Of a stretch of 64,000 nt of DNA, positions 1 to 12,060 are shown piece after piece. Position 1 is the stretch's first letter. Each line of letters opens with the position of its first letter. The translations under genes were made by a program, and so were the position numbers. Source of the DNA: Acanthaster planci (lineage: Eukaryota); contig NW_019091358.1 of the NCBI RefSeq assembly GCF_001949145.1, positions 1,240,961 to 1,304,960 of the forward strand, read 5' to 3'. The notes below the pieces were generated by a model, which saw only the letters and a list, made by a program, of their open reading frames with translations, did not search any database and was not told where the DNA came from.

Positions 1-821
1 TACTGATGTGCTGAGCACTTTACTGAAAATCAGCTTTATTTTTGGTCAACAACACTGCCTTAAAACACACTTTGCTATCGGAAGAGGCCATGTCTGTTGA
101 TGTACACTCACTATAATAGGTCACGTGACTTAGCGGGCGCAATCGGTACTTTCTACCTTAGATTGACCAAAATAATGCATGATGTCAGAATACGAAACCA
201 AATAAAGCAAATTCCAAACTTTTGGAGTAAAAAAATCTTCCTAGTCGCTATAGATCATGCTTAGATCGAGTTGAGTCATACCTTCGAGTCAAAGGTAACC
301 GCACAGGTTATTTGAAGACTTACGTCAGATCATTTTGATGACTGTATTACTTCTAATTGTCCATCAAATAAAATGAGATGTACCGAAGAGAACAGTATCG
401 TAACTGTACAATTTACTAGCAAGTCACCAGTCTTATTTTCACTGGACTAAAAAAGTAACACGCATTATGCACAAGTTTACTACATGTTATAATATGATTG
501 AAAACAGAAAGCATAACATTTGTTGAAAATGAAGTGCCCGTCCAACCACCAGATAGAAAAGCTGACGGGGTTGGTCATAAATTTGCAACATGTATTGGCA
601 AGCACATTATGTCTATGCTGACTCGGAGTTGGTACTGACGCAGAAGCGTTGAAAAAAAATTAGCCAAAAAACTGCCTACTTCAATAATATCAATACATAG
701 AACGCCGGGGCATTGAACCTTTCTATGAAAATAAAATACAGCATCGATGTTACACTACTTTCTTCATTGAGATCACCGAATTAATATGTGAAGGCAAGGT
801 CCTACATTAATTAGCAGTTAA

Positions 822-1051
822 CAATGGCGTAAACATGAGGGGGCTGGGGGAACGTGCCCCCCCCCCACTAATTCCCGGTGCCCCCTAGGTGCCCCCCCCC
901 ACTGAGAAACAGATGAATGGATATTGGACAAGGCTAACAAAAACTTGCCCCCCAAAAAACACACCACCGTACCGAAAGCTGGTGCCCCCCATAAGACACT
1001 GGTGCCCCTTTGTGGCCCCCCCCCACTAGTAAAATCCTAGCTACGCCACTG
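822..1051. mobile_element. Non-autonomous hAT-like MITE
   Basis: Imperfect terminal inverted repeats CAATGGCGTA...TACGCCACTG and internal GGTGCCCC/poly-C repeats. Flanks gcagttaa / gcacttga look like a degenerate 8-bp TSD (6 of 8 match). Confidence 0.6.
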
Positions 1052-2925
1052 GCACTTGATATTATAGACTAAGAGGAGGGTTGCTGAGGCAACGGGGTCA
1101 GCGTGATAACACTTTCCAAATAAACCTTTCTGATAGACACAAGTGGGCAACCAGTTCAGTGCTGAATGGTACGGAAAAAGACACACTTAGCCTAATGGAT
1201 CCCTGTCTCAACATCACAGAGGTCGACAAACTATGGCCAGCTGTCCATACAAAAGCAAAATCATTAACATATTATTAAAAATAATCATGCCAGCTATCAA
1301 AACACCAATAATTTACATGTATGCTGAAATACTAACAAACATACGGCCTTTTCCAGAGGAGACAAGTGTAAATCTTGAGGCACAAAACACATCAACCACA
1401 AGTGATATTTCTGCAAACGACAGCGACATCACAAATAGTTGGCTATTATGAAAGCGGTGTGTATGTTCGCCAGGGTTAAGGTTGGGGAGAAGGCTGTCTC
1501 CGAAGCTAAGGGTTATTCTGAGTAGTATCAAGCAAATGTGTCTAATTTATGTATTTCTTTTTCATAACAAAAATTTGATATGGAAAACTGACAACACGCG
1601 AACAAAACCGAAAATCATACCCTATAAAATTCCTACTGTGGATGAAAAACTGACTTTGGAGAATAAAAATGCATAGGGGCCTCTACTTTACCCCGAATCT
1701 AGATACGAAAAATCATAATTTGAACGTATAACACTCAAGTAAAAGCAGAGACAGCTAAAACGGGGTCAGTGACGGGTTGAAATTTCCCCTTTTCACAAAT
1801 GGTCCATTTGGCGCAGATATGACAATCTAAAGTGCTGCCGTGGGATGTGCGTTCCCGTTCCCACTGGAGGCTGGGAACAAAGAACATTCATGTTTAATTA
1901 ATGGCACTTGACAGCAGGCAAAATACTTGTCACGCGTACAGCGCAGTCGTTCACAAAGACAATGGAGGGGGATTTTTTAAAAATAAACTGAATCACACAA
2001 AAGAAAACAACTGGAACTCCATATTTCTGGTTTCTCGAAACCGTCCTTTACTGACATATATTCAGCACTCGAGTTCTCGAGAAAAAAAATGAAGGTTTAA
2101 CTAACACAAAGCAGGCCGTTTCAATATCACAAACCTTTTTGAAGAAGTAGATTGAAATATGTCATTTCAAATATATACATGTATAAATCACGGGCACTCA
2201 TAATTGGTGTCATCGTCCATGTGTTACACAAAAAAAAACGTGAATCACAAGATGGCAGAGAAACTTTTCATACAGAAAAATGCACAATGACACGGATACG
2301 CACACGTATACATCATCTGGATTGTACATGTACTTCGCCAATATTCAACTGCAACGTCCACAGAACGTCATTAATCGTGTGAGTGTCACTGAATACACGT
2401 ACAGTGCTTGTACATAATTATAACATGTACATGTACAAGTGTACATGCACATGTGCACAGTACATGTACATCGTACAAAGTGCACCATACAAAAGGTCAG
2501 TGCAGGCTACACATAATCTTCAATTCGTTGCATTCTGTCGATGGAATATTGGGTCATACGCAAAACCAGCTTAGCTACAAGCCACGTCTTGCCTGTACGG
2601 AAGCCTCGCGCAAAATTAAATCGTGCCGCACTGAAAAAATAAAACAGATTTCCTCTTTTTAAAACTATTACATCTGTGGAATTGACAGCACAATTATTAT
2701 TGGCAAACGTAATCAAATTGCTGAACGGAGTGTACGTAGCCAATTCTACAACAAAATGTATGTACAAAAATTTTATAAATATGCCATCATTGTTTCTATA
2801 TAATGCACCAATTTCAAGGTGGTTTCGGTACTGAAGACAAACACTTACAACTTGTACATGTATCACACCAATCCTGAGGGATGACACGCAACTGAGTCTA
2901 TCTTTGTACTGAGAAGCGAGATACA

Positions 2926-3066
2926 GGCTGGTTCACATTTCGCGCGAAAAGCGAAACGCGAACTTGTGACGTCGGATCAAATATTTGCGTTGAGAATTCG
3001 TAAAAAGTTGTAAAAGACGTCAAATTCGCTTCGCTTTCGCATCATCGCATTAAGTTTGAACCGGCC
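2926..3066. mobile_element. Short palindromic MITE
   Basis: GGCTGGTTCACA...TTTGAACCGGCC inverted ends, with internal GCGAA/TTCGC inverted motifs. Confidence 0.5.
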
Positions 3067-5802
3067 ATAAGGCAAAATGCAGAGTGAACACATTTTGTTG
3101 AATGATGGCCCAAACCAAATGGCATAACCTTATCTATGTATATACAGTAACCGAGTCATTATCCCTGGCAGTGGTCTGGTACTCATGTAAGTAGCATGCC
3201 GGAGAGACTAACTCACGACAGGCAACATGTTAAGAATTACGTCGGTGCAGCGATAAAAGCTCAAACACGCCTGCAATTAATTTCCTCAGTAACAAGCCAC
3301 GATTAACTGTTCCTAATTAAGAATCCCAACTTGGATCGGTTCGCTGGTTCAAAGATTGTGACCACACAGAGAAACAAGCAATGCCAGTTTCAACGTGAAT
3401 TTCAATTCAATGTGAATTCGCTACCAAAGGATTCCATGACACGACTTCCTCTTACTCGGAATTTCAAACCACGGAGCACAATATCTGCACGTACAAGTGA
3501 AAGCTCTCGCCATCCGTTTTCTGAAGCAGTTTTCCGACCGAAATACTCAGAACAGAATTGATCGATTTGTGCATACTCGTCCTTTGTGCACACTCTGTGG
3601 GGAAGAGCACTGGCCTGCAAGATGGCAGCCATGCAAACCCTCTATATATCCGGCACTATTCCTCTAAGCCCGCCATATTGAGGACTGTGTTCAGGACTGC
3701 AGCTGCTTTTAAATGTGGCTGGAGGGAAAGAAATACTTTCAGCGTGCAAAAAGCGTTTCCTCTAGGTGGCTGTAATTACACTGCTGGTGATGTTTTCACT
3801 CATTTTTATCATATCGGTTAATACAAAAAAATGGCAAACGGCAAGCAACCAATAAACTTCAGTGCAAATGTTATAAAAACAGTAGATGAATGCAGATCTA
3901 CAAGTTTTTGTTTTATGCCCTTAATTCTCGGCAAAATCAAAATAGCGTTACTGAATCATACAAAACGTCAACAGATCCAACGTGTGGTTTATGCCTGTAC
4001 TGCGAAAACGCATTCTTCCAACTCCATAACCGACCCTCCCCCTGAAATGCTGACCAACTGGATGTAACCAGTTTTCATAAGTGCCATTAAGTTATAGAAA
4101 CCGGAATGCGTAGTATGCTTTTATGATTAAACTCTAACCCACGTCGTTAGACAATGAACAGCGTACGTGAGCAGAGGGACATATCATGCTGGACTTGACA
4201 AGTTCCCTTTCCATTAGTTCGGTAAACCGAATACTTTGAAACCACGACCGGTGAAGGCGTTATTCCCCTTTACCGAGAACAATGGACTGGCCAAGTTCGT
4301 TTCATAAAGGGTAATCGATTGGCCAGAAAGAAATACACTACAAAACCATACACAATTAAAGGAAAGCAGTTTCTGGTCGACAATAACTATCAGTAACTAT
4401 ATCAAGTAACTATAAACATTACCTAGGGAAAGTTCTTAGCTAGACAACCTGTGCTCATACCGGAGGATACACTCAATACATACGTGTACATGTAATTAAC
4501 ACGTTTGACGGGAATCTACTGAACATGAATGCCGAGAAGTATCATTTGACTAAAATGATTTAGTCTTTCAACTACACGTTTAAATGCATGAACAGATCCC
4601 CTTGAAATTAAATGCAAAAGTTAAAGACTAGCTGTGTAAGTACTACAGAAATGAATTCCAATTTCCAGCAAGATATTACCAGAAAATAACAACTCACCCT
4701 AAGTAATTACTATTTTTAGAAGAGAATTCTGTAAATCCAACAGCCCTACGTGTACATGTGCGTTCAGAATGTAGCATAATCGAGGTTCTTTTTATTTCTT
4801 TGTGTAAAGCAGGCCTCCAATAAGCTGGACAAAAAATATACATGTACATTCACACTTCGTGCAACGAGACCATAACACCTACCTTCCCAAATTACACGTT
4901 CAAAGGGTGTTGCCGGTCCTAATTGGTAACTACATATACACACAGAGTGAGCCAAAACAGAGCCCCGGTTTTAATTGGCAGGGGCCAAATCACTAACTGG
5001 AAAAGTGATTTCTGTATCGGAAAGTACTGACATTATACAAAGAAATGCTAATGTGTATGTGTACGGAAGGCAAGGCATACTGTATTCAAGGCACCGGACT
5101 TCTTTCTCGATAGTTTAAAATGCTGTGTCCACACAGACGATTACATGTCAATGTGTAAATATAAAATATTAATCTTGCATTGGCATTCAAAATATTGTTT
5201 CTCTCTATATCATACTGTAAATAAAATCTGTATTCAATTACTCCAAAAGATTCAAGGAGTAACGGAAAGGCTTATAGAGGAAAAAAGACAATTTTAATCG
5301 GTGGAGACATTTCAAAGCATAATGTCAAAAGGTCACTCTTTCCAAATGCCACAATCAATTCAGTTTCTCTCCAAGTATGGCACAACGTTCACAGCTGCGT
5401 CACGAATGAAGAAGCCACACAAACCCTATACTGACTGAATGCCTTTGAATTGATGGCCCTCAGAGCCCCTGAGTGATAAGGATGGCATTAAAGGCTCTCC
5501 CAAAGACGACAAAAAGTTGTGGTCCCACATGTCATAAACTCACAGTCCGTTTATTTTCACTTGAATGTATCTGTTCACCCATAGAGCAAATTGGGTGGTG
5601 TTCGCATTGTTTGTGTTGCACCCAAGTTGTGTTACAGAACAAAAACGGCGTGAACCTGCAGGCTTTTTGTTCGGTAAACCTGAGAATTCATCAATTTGGT
5701 CGGCTCCATTGATCAGTATTTGCATGACAAAATTAATAAGCCCGATAGTTTACTTCGTAATTTCCAGAATCATTGGCAAAAACAGGAATCAGTGGAAATG
5801 TA

Positions 5803-6342
5803 CTAAACACCTAGCTTGGCAAACACCAGTGGGGAAACGACATACAAATTGAACAGTAGGACCAAGAACGTGATGTAACGATACGGCAGCTCCACAAACA
5901 ACAGCTTCTTGGTGTTCTCGTTGATTTCGGTGTTGAATATGACAGCGATGGCCTGCAGGAGGACAGCCCGTGTGAACAGGTACACCACGACGGCCAACAC
6001 CTGACTGAAGGCGTACTTCAGGAGCATGATGCCGGCCGCACCCCAGCCGGGCCAGGCGATGGCCCCGCCCAGCGGCTCGGCCACGTCGGGGACCATCCCC
6101 GACCGGTGGAGGAACCAGAAGCCGCACAGGATGCCGGAGACCGAGCCCAGGATGGTGATGGTGTCGGCCCGCGTGGCCGCCACCCCGTTTTGGCTAGGGT
6201 AGCAGATGCAGAGGAAGACCGCACTGGAGATGATGACCAGCGGGGCCTGGGGATGGGTCAGTATAAAGTGGTCGATAACATCCAACCAGGGCCAGATGAA
6301 CAGCATGAGGATAGCAGTCAAGGTAACACCCACCACTAGGTC
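5803..6342 (-). CDS. SGPP: Sphingosine-1-phosphate phosphatase paralogue A, exon 3 (terminal, multi-TM C-terminal half)
   Basis: Acceptor tcacag|GAC at 6342 (phase 0). Reads DLVVGVTLTAILMLFIWPW...TRADT...VELPYRYITF... to TAG at 5805-5803. Supplies the Asp of the SRxxxxxHxxxD motif. Confidence 0.92.
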   Translation of the reverse strand, partial: DLVVGVTLTAILMLFIWPWLDVIDHFILTHPQAPLVIISSAVFLCICYPSQNGVAATRADTITILGSVSGILCGFWFLHRSGMVPDVAEPLGGAIAWPGWGAAGIMLLKYAFSQVLAVVVYLFTRAVLLQAIAVIFNTEINENTKKLLFVELPYRYITFLVLLFNLYVVSPLVFAKLGV

Positions 6343-7228
6343 CTGTGACAAGTCAAACAAAAAAGAAACAAAACCTGTATCAGACCACCACATCTTTATA
6401 GTTTGCAGCATCTCAAACCAGAGGAAAACTGCTTTCAAGATGTAAAATGTCTTGACCAGAGCACACAGCAGATGTGAATAAAGAACAGGAAACTAAAATG
6501 TGACCAAAAATTAAGTTACAATTTCAAGGAATTAGGATTAACAATGGGATTTCAGAATCCAGAAACTTGGAGTAAAGGTCAAACTCTGCCCCATTCTACA
6601 TTTTCAAAATATATAAAAACAAAATGTACGCATCGCCCATCACATGTACATTTCAACTTGATTTAAGATCAAGATGCATTCAAAGGCATCCTTCAACACT
6701 CCTGCATTTAAAAATGTTGGTGAAATTAGGCAGTTTGTATTTAAAGCAGCAACTAACTGGAGATGCCAACAACAGTAGCACTGCAGACAGAAATACAAAT
6801 ACACAGGCTAAACCAAATGTAGTCCGATTCACATTATCTGTATCTCTGATTCGCTGAATCCAAAGTTCAGACTACGCTGAGTTTCAGTTTCAACCAGGTC
6901 CACATATTTTATCTTCCTCTTGGGAAGAGGGCATAAATTTACATCATGTACCGGCTCTACAGTAAATGCCTTTATGAGCCAGGCACAGATGAGACTCCAT
7001 TCAAGCCTGAATCCTAATTACATTTGTGAGATCCCTGTTATCTGAACAAGACAACTTAGTTTGCATGCCTTGGTTACTGTGGCCATTTCTTTTCAAAAAT
7101 ATTGTTAAAAATGTATGCCAGCCCTTCAAAACAAGAGAAAATCTGGCAAATCCCAACCATTACATATCTTACCTGTTGGTACAAGCCAAAACATCTCCTA
7201 GATGTGAGAAGCTATTATATTGATCATA

Positions 7229-7378
7229 ATGTACAATTGTGTGCGTTCTTGTAACTGGTTTTGTATATGGTTTGTTCATCAACAATCTGCCGGTCGGTAC
7301 GACCGAATGTTCGAGTATTCAATCAAACTGAAGGTCAAATATTTGAATAGTGAATTATTCGAATTGACTCAGCCCTAG
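7229..7378. repeat. Interspersed repeat (end of a hAT-like element), second copy at 25267-25400
   Basis: ATGTACAATTGTGT...AACAATCTGC...ACGACCGAAT...GAATAGTGAATTATTCGA is shared with 25267-25400. This copy ends in CAGCCCTAG. Confidence 0.7.
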
Positions 7379-7907
7379 TCTCAGGTTGCATTGAACAGCT
7401 TATTCAAGGGTAGTTGAGTTGCTGTAAGAGGCACTAAGAAGCACAACGTTAAACATTAATGTATACATGTAGGTCTCCGCTCAGAACTTAAGCATGACTT
7501 TGACTCTGAAACAAAAGGAACTCACTGTAACCCCCCTTGCAATGGGATTGAACCTGACACGTAAAATACGTACACAACTTACAGTAATTGGACCAGTAAG
7601 TACAAGTACTCAGACTTGTGTTTGGAAGTACATGTACATGTACTGTTACTTTTGTACCTGTATTCGGTTGGAAAAGTACTCAAACTTGAATTGTACTAGC
7701 CAATCTAAGTACTCAACAGTACTCGGTACTCAGAAGAAAGTAGTTGAGTGTAAAACTGCCATGTACTAAAGGTTTTAGCAACATTCGTACCAAATGGGAA
7801 GGAATTCTGTATTTCACTCAGTGAGGACACCCTTGCCAGAGGAGGCATATCCTGGTCAAACTACAAAGTCTTCTTAAATTTTTCTTTTCACAAGTTCATA
7901 AACTCAC

Positions 7908-7997
7908 CAGGACAAAGTGCATTCCCTTGTACAGTCGACTGAAGCAAACAAGGAGAGTCCAACTGCAGGCCAACAATGCACCAAGGGTATGAGAGTA
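7908..7997 (-). CDS. SGPP: SGPP paralogue A, exon 2
   Basis: 90-nt exon tag|TAC...CTG|gtgagt, phase 0/0, encoding YSHTLGALLACSWTLLVCFSRLYKGMHFVL (PAP2 motif C3). Not shown in this frame in the ORF track. Confidence 0.92.
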
Positions 7998-8044
7998 CTA
8001 CGATTTAAAACATAAGGAAAAGTCAGAAAGAGTGGATAGAAATT

Positions 8045-8230
8045 GGGGAAAGAGTTCAGCATACGGCCATCACTTGACACCCTGTGCACAAACCTTGTGC
8101 GCCTAGTCTGAACAATTCGATTTTCACTGCTAATTTGAACTTTTTGGGGCATGTTATCACTTACTGAGGGACTATAAACCACTGCAAGGGAAAATAAAAT
8201 GATGTCTGCACATGGAACTCTTACCAAAAC
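8045..8230. repeat. Interspersed repeat family (also ~49535-49735, and inverted at ~25424-25483)
   Basis: Shared CACTTGACACCCTGTGCACAAACC...CTAGTCTGAA...TTGAACTTTT...GGAACTCTT blocks. Confidence 0.6.
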
Positions 8231-8300
8231 ATGAAAGAGTAAAACCACAAACACTACTTTAATATTATATCCCTTGAATAACATAGTGCTTAGTTAGGTT

Positions 8301-8548
8301 CTGGGGCCAATTTCATAGAGCTGCTTAAGCACAAAATTTGCTTAAGCGGGAAAAAAATTTGCTTAATAAACAAAGATTACCAGCTTAAACTCTATCTGAT
8401 AGTCATGCTTACCAAAAAACAGCTAAATACAATCCCAAAACAATATACATAACATGGAGTTTTGGCTGGTTACCTGATTTATCTAGTAAGGTTTTTTTCG
8501 CGCTTAAGCAAATTTCATGCTTAAGCAGCTCTATGAAATTGGCCCCAG
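8301..8548. mobile_element. MITE with long TIRs (possibly PIF/Harbinger-like)
   Basis: CTGGGGCCAATTTCATAGAGCTGCTTAAGCA at the left end and its exact reverse complement at the right end. Lies in SGPP-A intron 1. Confidence 0.8.
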
Positions 8549-8630
8549 CTGATTACAAAGAGTTATCATTACAGCACTGAGAGTGTTGCAGGCACATGAA
8601 CATTGTATCGGGAATTATCCGGATACAGAC

Positions 8631-8826
8631 CTTCACTTCACTTCACCTCACTTTCACTTTATTTTCCATGTGAAACATTTCGTATTAACAATACAGTTCT
8701 ATAGGGGATGAAGGCCTCTAGGAAGCGCAGCTTGTCGAGTAGAAACCCCCGTTTACACACGAACATATGAAATACATGTCACAAGTAACAAAACACAATT
8801 AACGATGTAACGACAAGTGAGTAGGG
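8631..8826 (-). mobile_element. 3' end of a LINE (same family as 59225-60545), 5'-truncated
   Basis: Colinear with 59225-59420 (CTTTCACTTTATTTTCCAT.TGAAACATTTC...AGCTTGTCGAGTAGA...CAATTAAC.ATGTAACGA). Ends on the minus strand in AATAAA followed by a (GTGAA)n tail. Confidence 0.65.
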
Positions 8827-9321
8827 TTGGAAATTTCTGGAGGGCTTAATGGTAAGATTTTACAGGAGATGGAAAGGAGATTTTATTGGAAATGAAAATA
8901 GGCTGCACTATAATATAGCATGATTAGACGCCATACCTACAGTGGCACCGCACTCATACGCACATTCCTCAGCTTGACGTTTCCGTACATTTGGCAAATC
9001 ATGACACCATATTGGTTGAAGAAGAATATATTAAATACGCAGTCCACCTGTCCGTGAGACTAGACTGTGTTGTGCCACCAGAACAATGGCTTCCAATTCG
9101 GGTTGTCGAATTACACTATACTATCAATATATCCATTCAATTGGTTTTTAGATGCTCAGTACATTTGAACACATTTGCAGGTGAAGTTTGCACTCTGCTT
9201 TCCATAACTAATTGTCAAAAGCGTAATTCGCCAACCAGATTTAGTAACCACTGCATTTTATTACCACGATCACTAGCCCAATGAATTAAAGAAGAACCTG
9301 TTTCGACTCTTATCATCTCAC

Positions 9322-9930
9322 CTCATAATGATTCCAAGTAGCTGCCAAATATGTGAAGGGCATCAAGGTACCGACCATGGCGTGTGTAGACGGCATGCCG
9401 TATTCCATGAAGTACCGCCTCTCCAAGCGCACGACTGGCGGCTCGCTCGGCCGCGGCCATTTCAGCAATTCTTTGCTGGCCTGCCCGATGTACATGCAGA
9501 TCCCCCAAATGATGACCATACGGCGGGTGGCCCACCAGGACAGGTTAGCAGCCGCCATGGGGAAGATCATGAAGTAAAACACGTCATCTCCGAGCGTGGC
9601 ACCCATGGAGAACAGATAAAACCACCACTTATTATGGGCAACATAGTACTTGGGTTTAACCCGGGACCCGTTCTTCAACGAGCTGCCGTGCTCGGACCCC
9701 GCCGGCCCCACGGTCCCGTTCTCCGCGGGCTTATCCTGACTCGCCGACGCGCTGGGGCCGTTGCTTGTTCCGTTGGTCAGCGAACTGCGGCCGTTCTTCG
9801 AGACAACCGGCGATGGTGCAGGATATAATCCAAAGAATCGCTGCAATCTTGCGACCGTGCACGCATCGTAAAGTGGCAACGAGTTACTCTCCGATGAAGA
9901 ACCAAAGATTTTCGGCCATGTCATTTTCAT
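9322..9930 (-). CDS. SGPP: SGPP paralogue A, exon 1
   Basis: MKMTWPK...VARLQRFFGL...KELLKWPRP (motif C1)...EYGMPSTH (motif C2)...NHYE|gtgaga donor, phase 0. The start is uncertain because the frame stays open upstream to 10050. Spliced product about 412 aa. Confidence 0.92.
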
Positions 9931-12001
9931 GTTTGCTCTCTTTGGCGGTTTCTCCTCTACTTGGCGGTGTGTTGTATACGTACGTGTTGCTAACAGCAGG
10001 TTGTTCATGGGGCGTACCGGCCGGCCGTGCGCGTACATAGCTCCATACACGCGTTGTGTTATGGTCTATAGCCCCGCCCATTATGCAGATGCCTTTTGAA
10101 ATGATATGGGGATAAAGTTCGTTTACCTTTGCCTATTGTTTGTTTTAGATGGTTTTGTGTCACGGCTTGCAGGAATTAGGTCACACATGTGGCGGGAAAG
10201 GCTTTCGGAAATGAAGAGAATTTTGGATAATGACAAAGGAATCGGGATATAGAATGGCCCGCTGCGATGGGAGACGTTATCCGCAAAACCTGGACGCTGG
10301 ATATGAATATGAAAAACGCGGAACCAGAGGCAAGGGGGGGGGGTGTTTCGTTTTGAAAAACGTGACTTTCTTAACCGCAGACCATGGGGCTATTAGTACT
10401 AATTAAACACATAATCAATAGCTCCAGGGTTTGACTACATGGTCGCAAATGTGTTGGGGATAGGTTGGTTGAACTTGAAGAACTGAAATGATAGCAATCG
10501 CCCTCTGAAAATTCCCTCTTGGGATGATATATGAGCATCACTGCAACCCAGCCTCGGCGCTGACACGAGGTCAATATGGTACGATGTTTCTCTTTTTGGT
10601 ACAGCAATATTTTGAAATCCGTGAATCCATGAAAAGCTGTATAATAATTTATCATGATCTTACAGGGCGTCGCGCAAGGGTGGTAAAATTTAATTAGGCA
10701 AGTCAACGGAAAAAACACCAAACTCGTCTACATGATGAACCTAGGATAATGTGCAGGGAGAAAAAAAATTACAAATCAGACAAAAGCACTAGGCTTTTTG
10801 CACACAATAAATTGGCTTACTGACAGGGCATCTAATCCGCCGTGATGTGACCGGCATTAAAACGACACGCCACACCCGGGGGGGGGGTTGAGGGACGACT
10901 AACGTCGCCGAGTGGTGGCGCTTTCCAAGAAACCGATAAATTTACCCGAGAATATTTCCGGCGCCCGGATCGACTCTCGTCAGATAATAACAAAATACTC
11001 GGGTTCAAGGAGACGCAGATGTTCTACCTCTTCAAAATTCTTTGCAGTTTGAAAAGCTACATTGAGAGCGGGGTCTATTTTTCTACTGAGAGCACTGTCA
11101 GGTGTTGCGCCGTGCTCAGCAGTTGTAAGCCATAGTTTTGCCGTGCATACAGCATCAAAATTATTGTAAACAAGAGGCCTAGCTGACTTTTATTGATTCT
11201 TTCTGTAAATTTTGAGTTAAAAGGGTGCGTGACTAGGGAATTCGAACAAGGCACGATTTTTTTTTCGAGGGGAGTGCGTCTGCCGTTACAGGAACCTCTT
11301 TGCCGCGTCATGGGCAACTTTATAACTCAGCCGTGCCGCACTGAATCTCAGACATCAGCGCTTCATCTGGAAAGTTTTTGCAAAATCAGATGAGGTGATT
11401 ATGATCGCGAGTACATTTCATATTGTTAGTATAATCAGCACTGTACCCTGAACTTCTTGGGAAGAGTGGTGAACGTCAAGGACAAGGATGTCCGACTTAG
11501 GCACATACATGGGTGGAAATAGTTAAGTAATGAGAAGGAACTGCTTTACAAAAAGAATAGTTTGAAGTCAACTTCAATGATAATCCATTGTTAAATTCTT
11601 AAAGTGCTACATGGACAGAAAAATGTGACAAATGGGACCCTGAATATACAGAATGGCCCAGCTGTTTGTGGACGTAAAGTACTATCGCAAGGCCCCAATT
11701 TTCATTTATGAAGCGTTTATAGGGCGACTGCTCTGCAGTTGAATTTTCGTCTCGCTACATTGCACAATCGATATCGACAATCCAAGTGCACTGTTTGCGA
11801 GTCACAAGAGAACAGAGTTTCTAGTTTTGTACGGTCTGATGGAAACTTGATGATCAATGTACGTATTATCAGAACCCAAGTTATCGCTATTCACACACTC
11901 TTGAAACCGTTCAGTATAATTACCCACATCACAAAGGGCAAGAAACTTTAAAGTTTACTCTCAGTGCCTCCACAATCAAGATGAAAATTTCCCTATCCTC
12001 G

Positions 12002-12060
12002 GAAAACCAAATTCCCTTTAACCCCCACCCCGAAAACCAAATTCCCTTTAACCTCCACCC
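12002..12060. repeat. 30-bp tandem duplication
   Basis: GAAAACCAAATTCCCTTTAACC(C/T)CCACCC occurs twice in tandem. Confidence 0.75.

Noticed and set aside
2300..2480. Dense TACATGTA/TGTACA palindromes
   Set aside because: The motif is scattered across the whole window, so it is treated as genomic background low-complexity sequence.
5789..6445. Overlapping alternative-frame ORFs on SGPP exons (also 9328-9828, 16816-17331, 25622-26098)
   Set aside because: Shadows of GC-rich coding sequence with no recognisable motifs.
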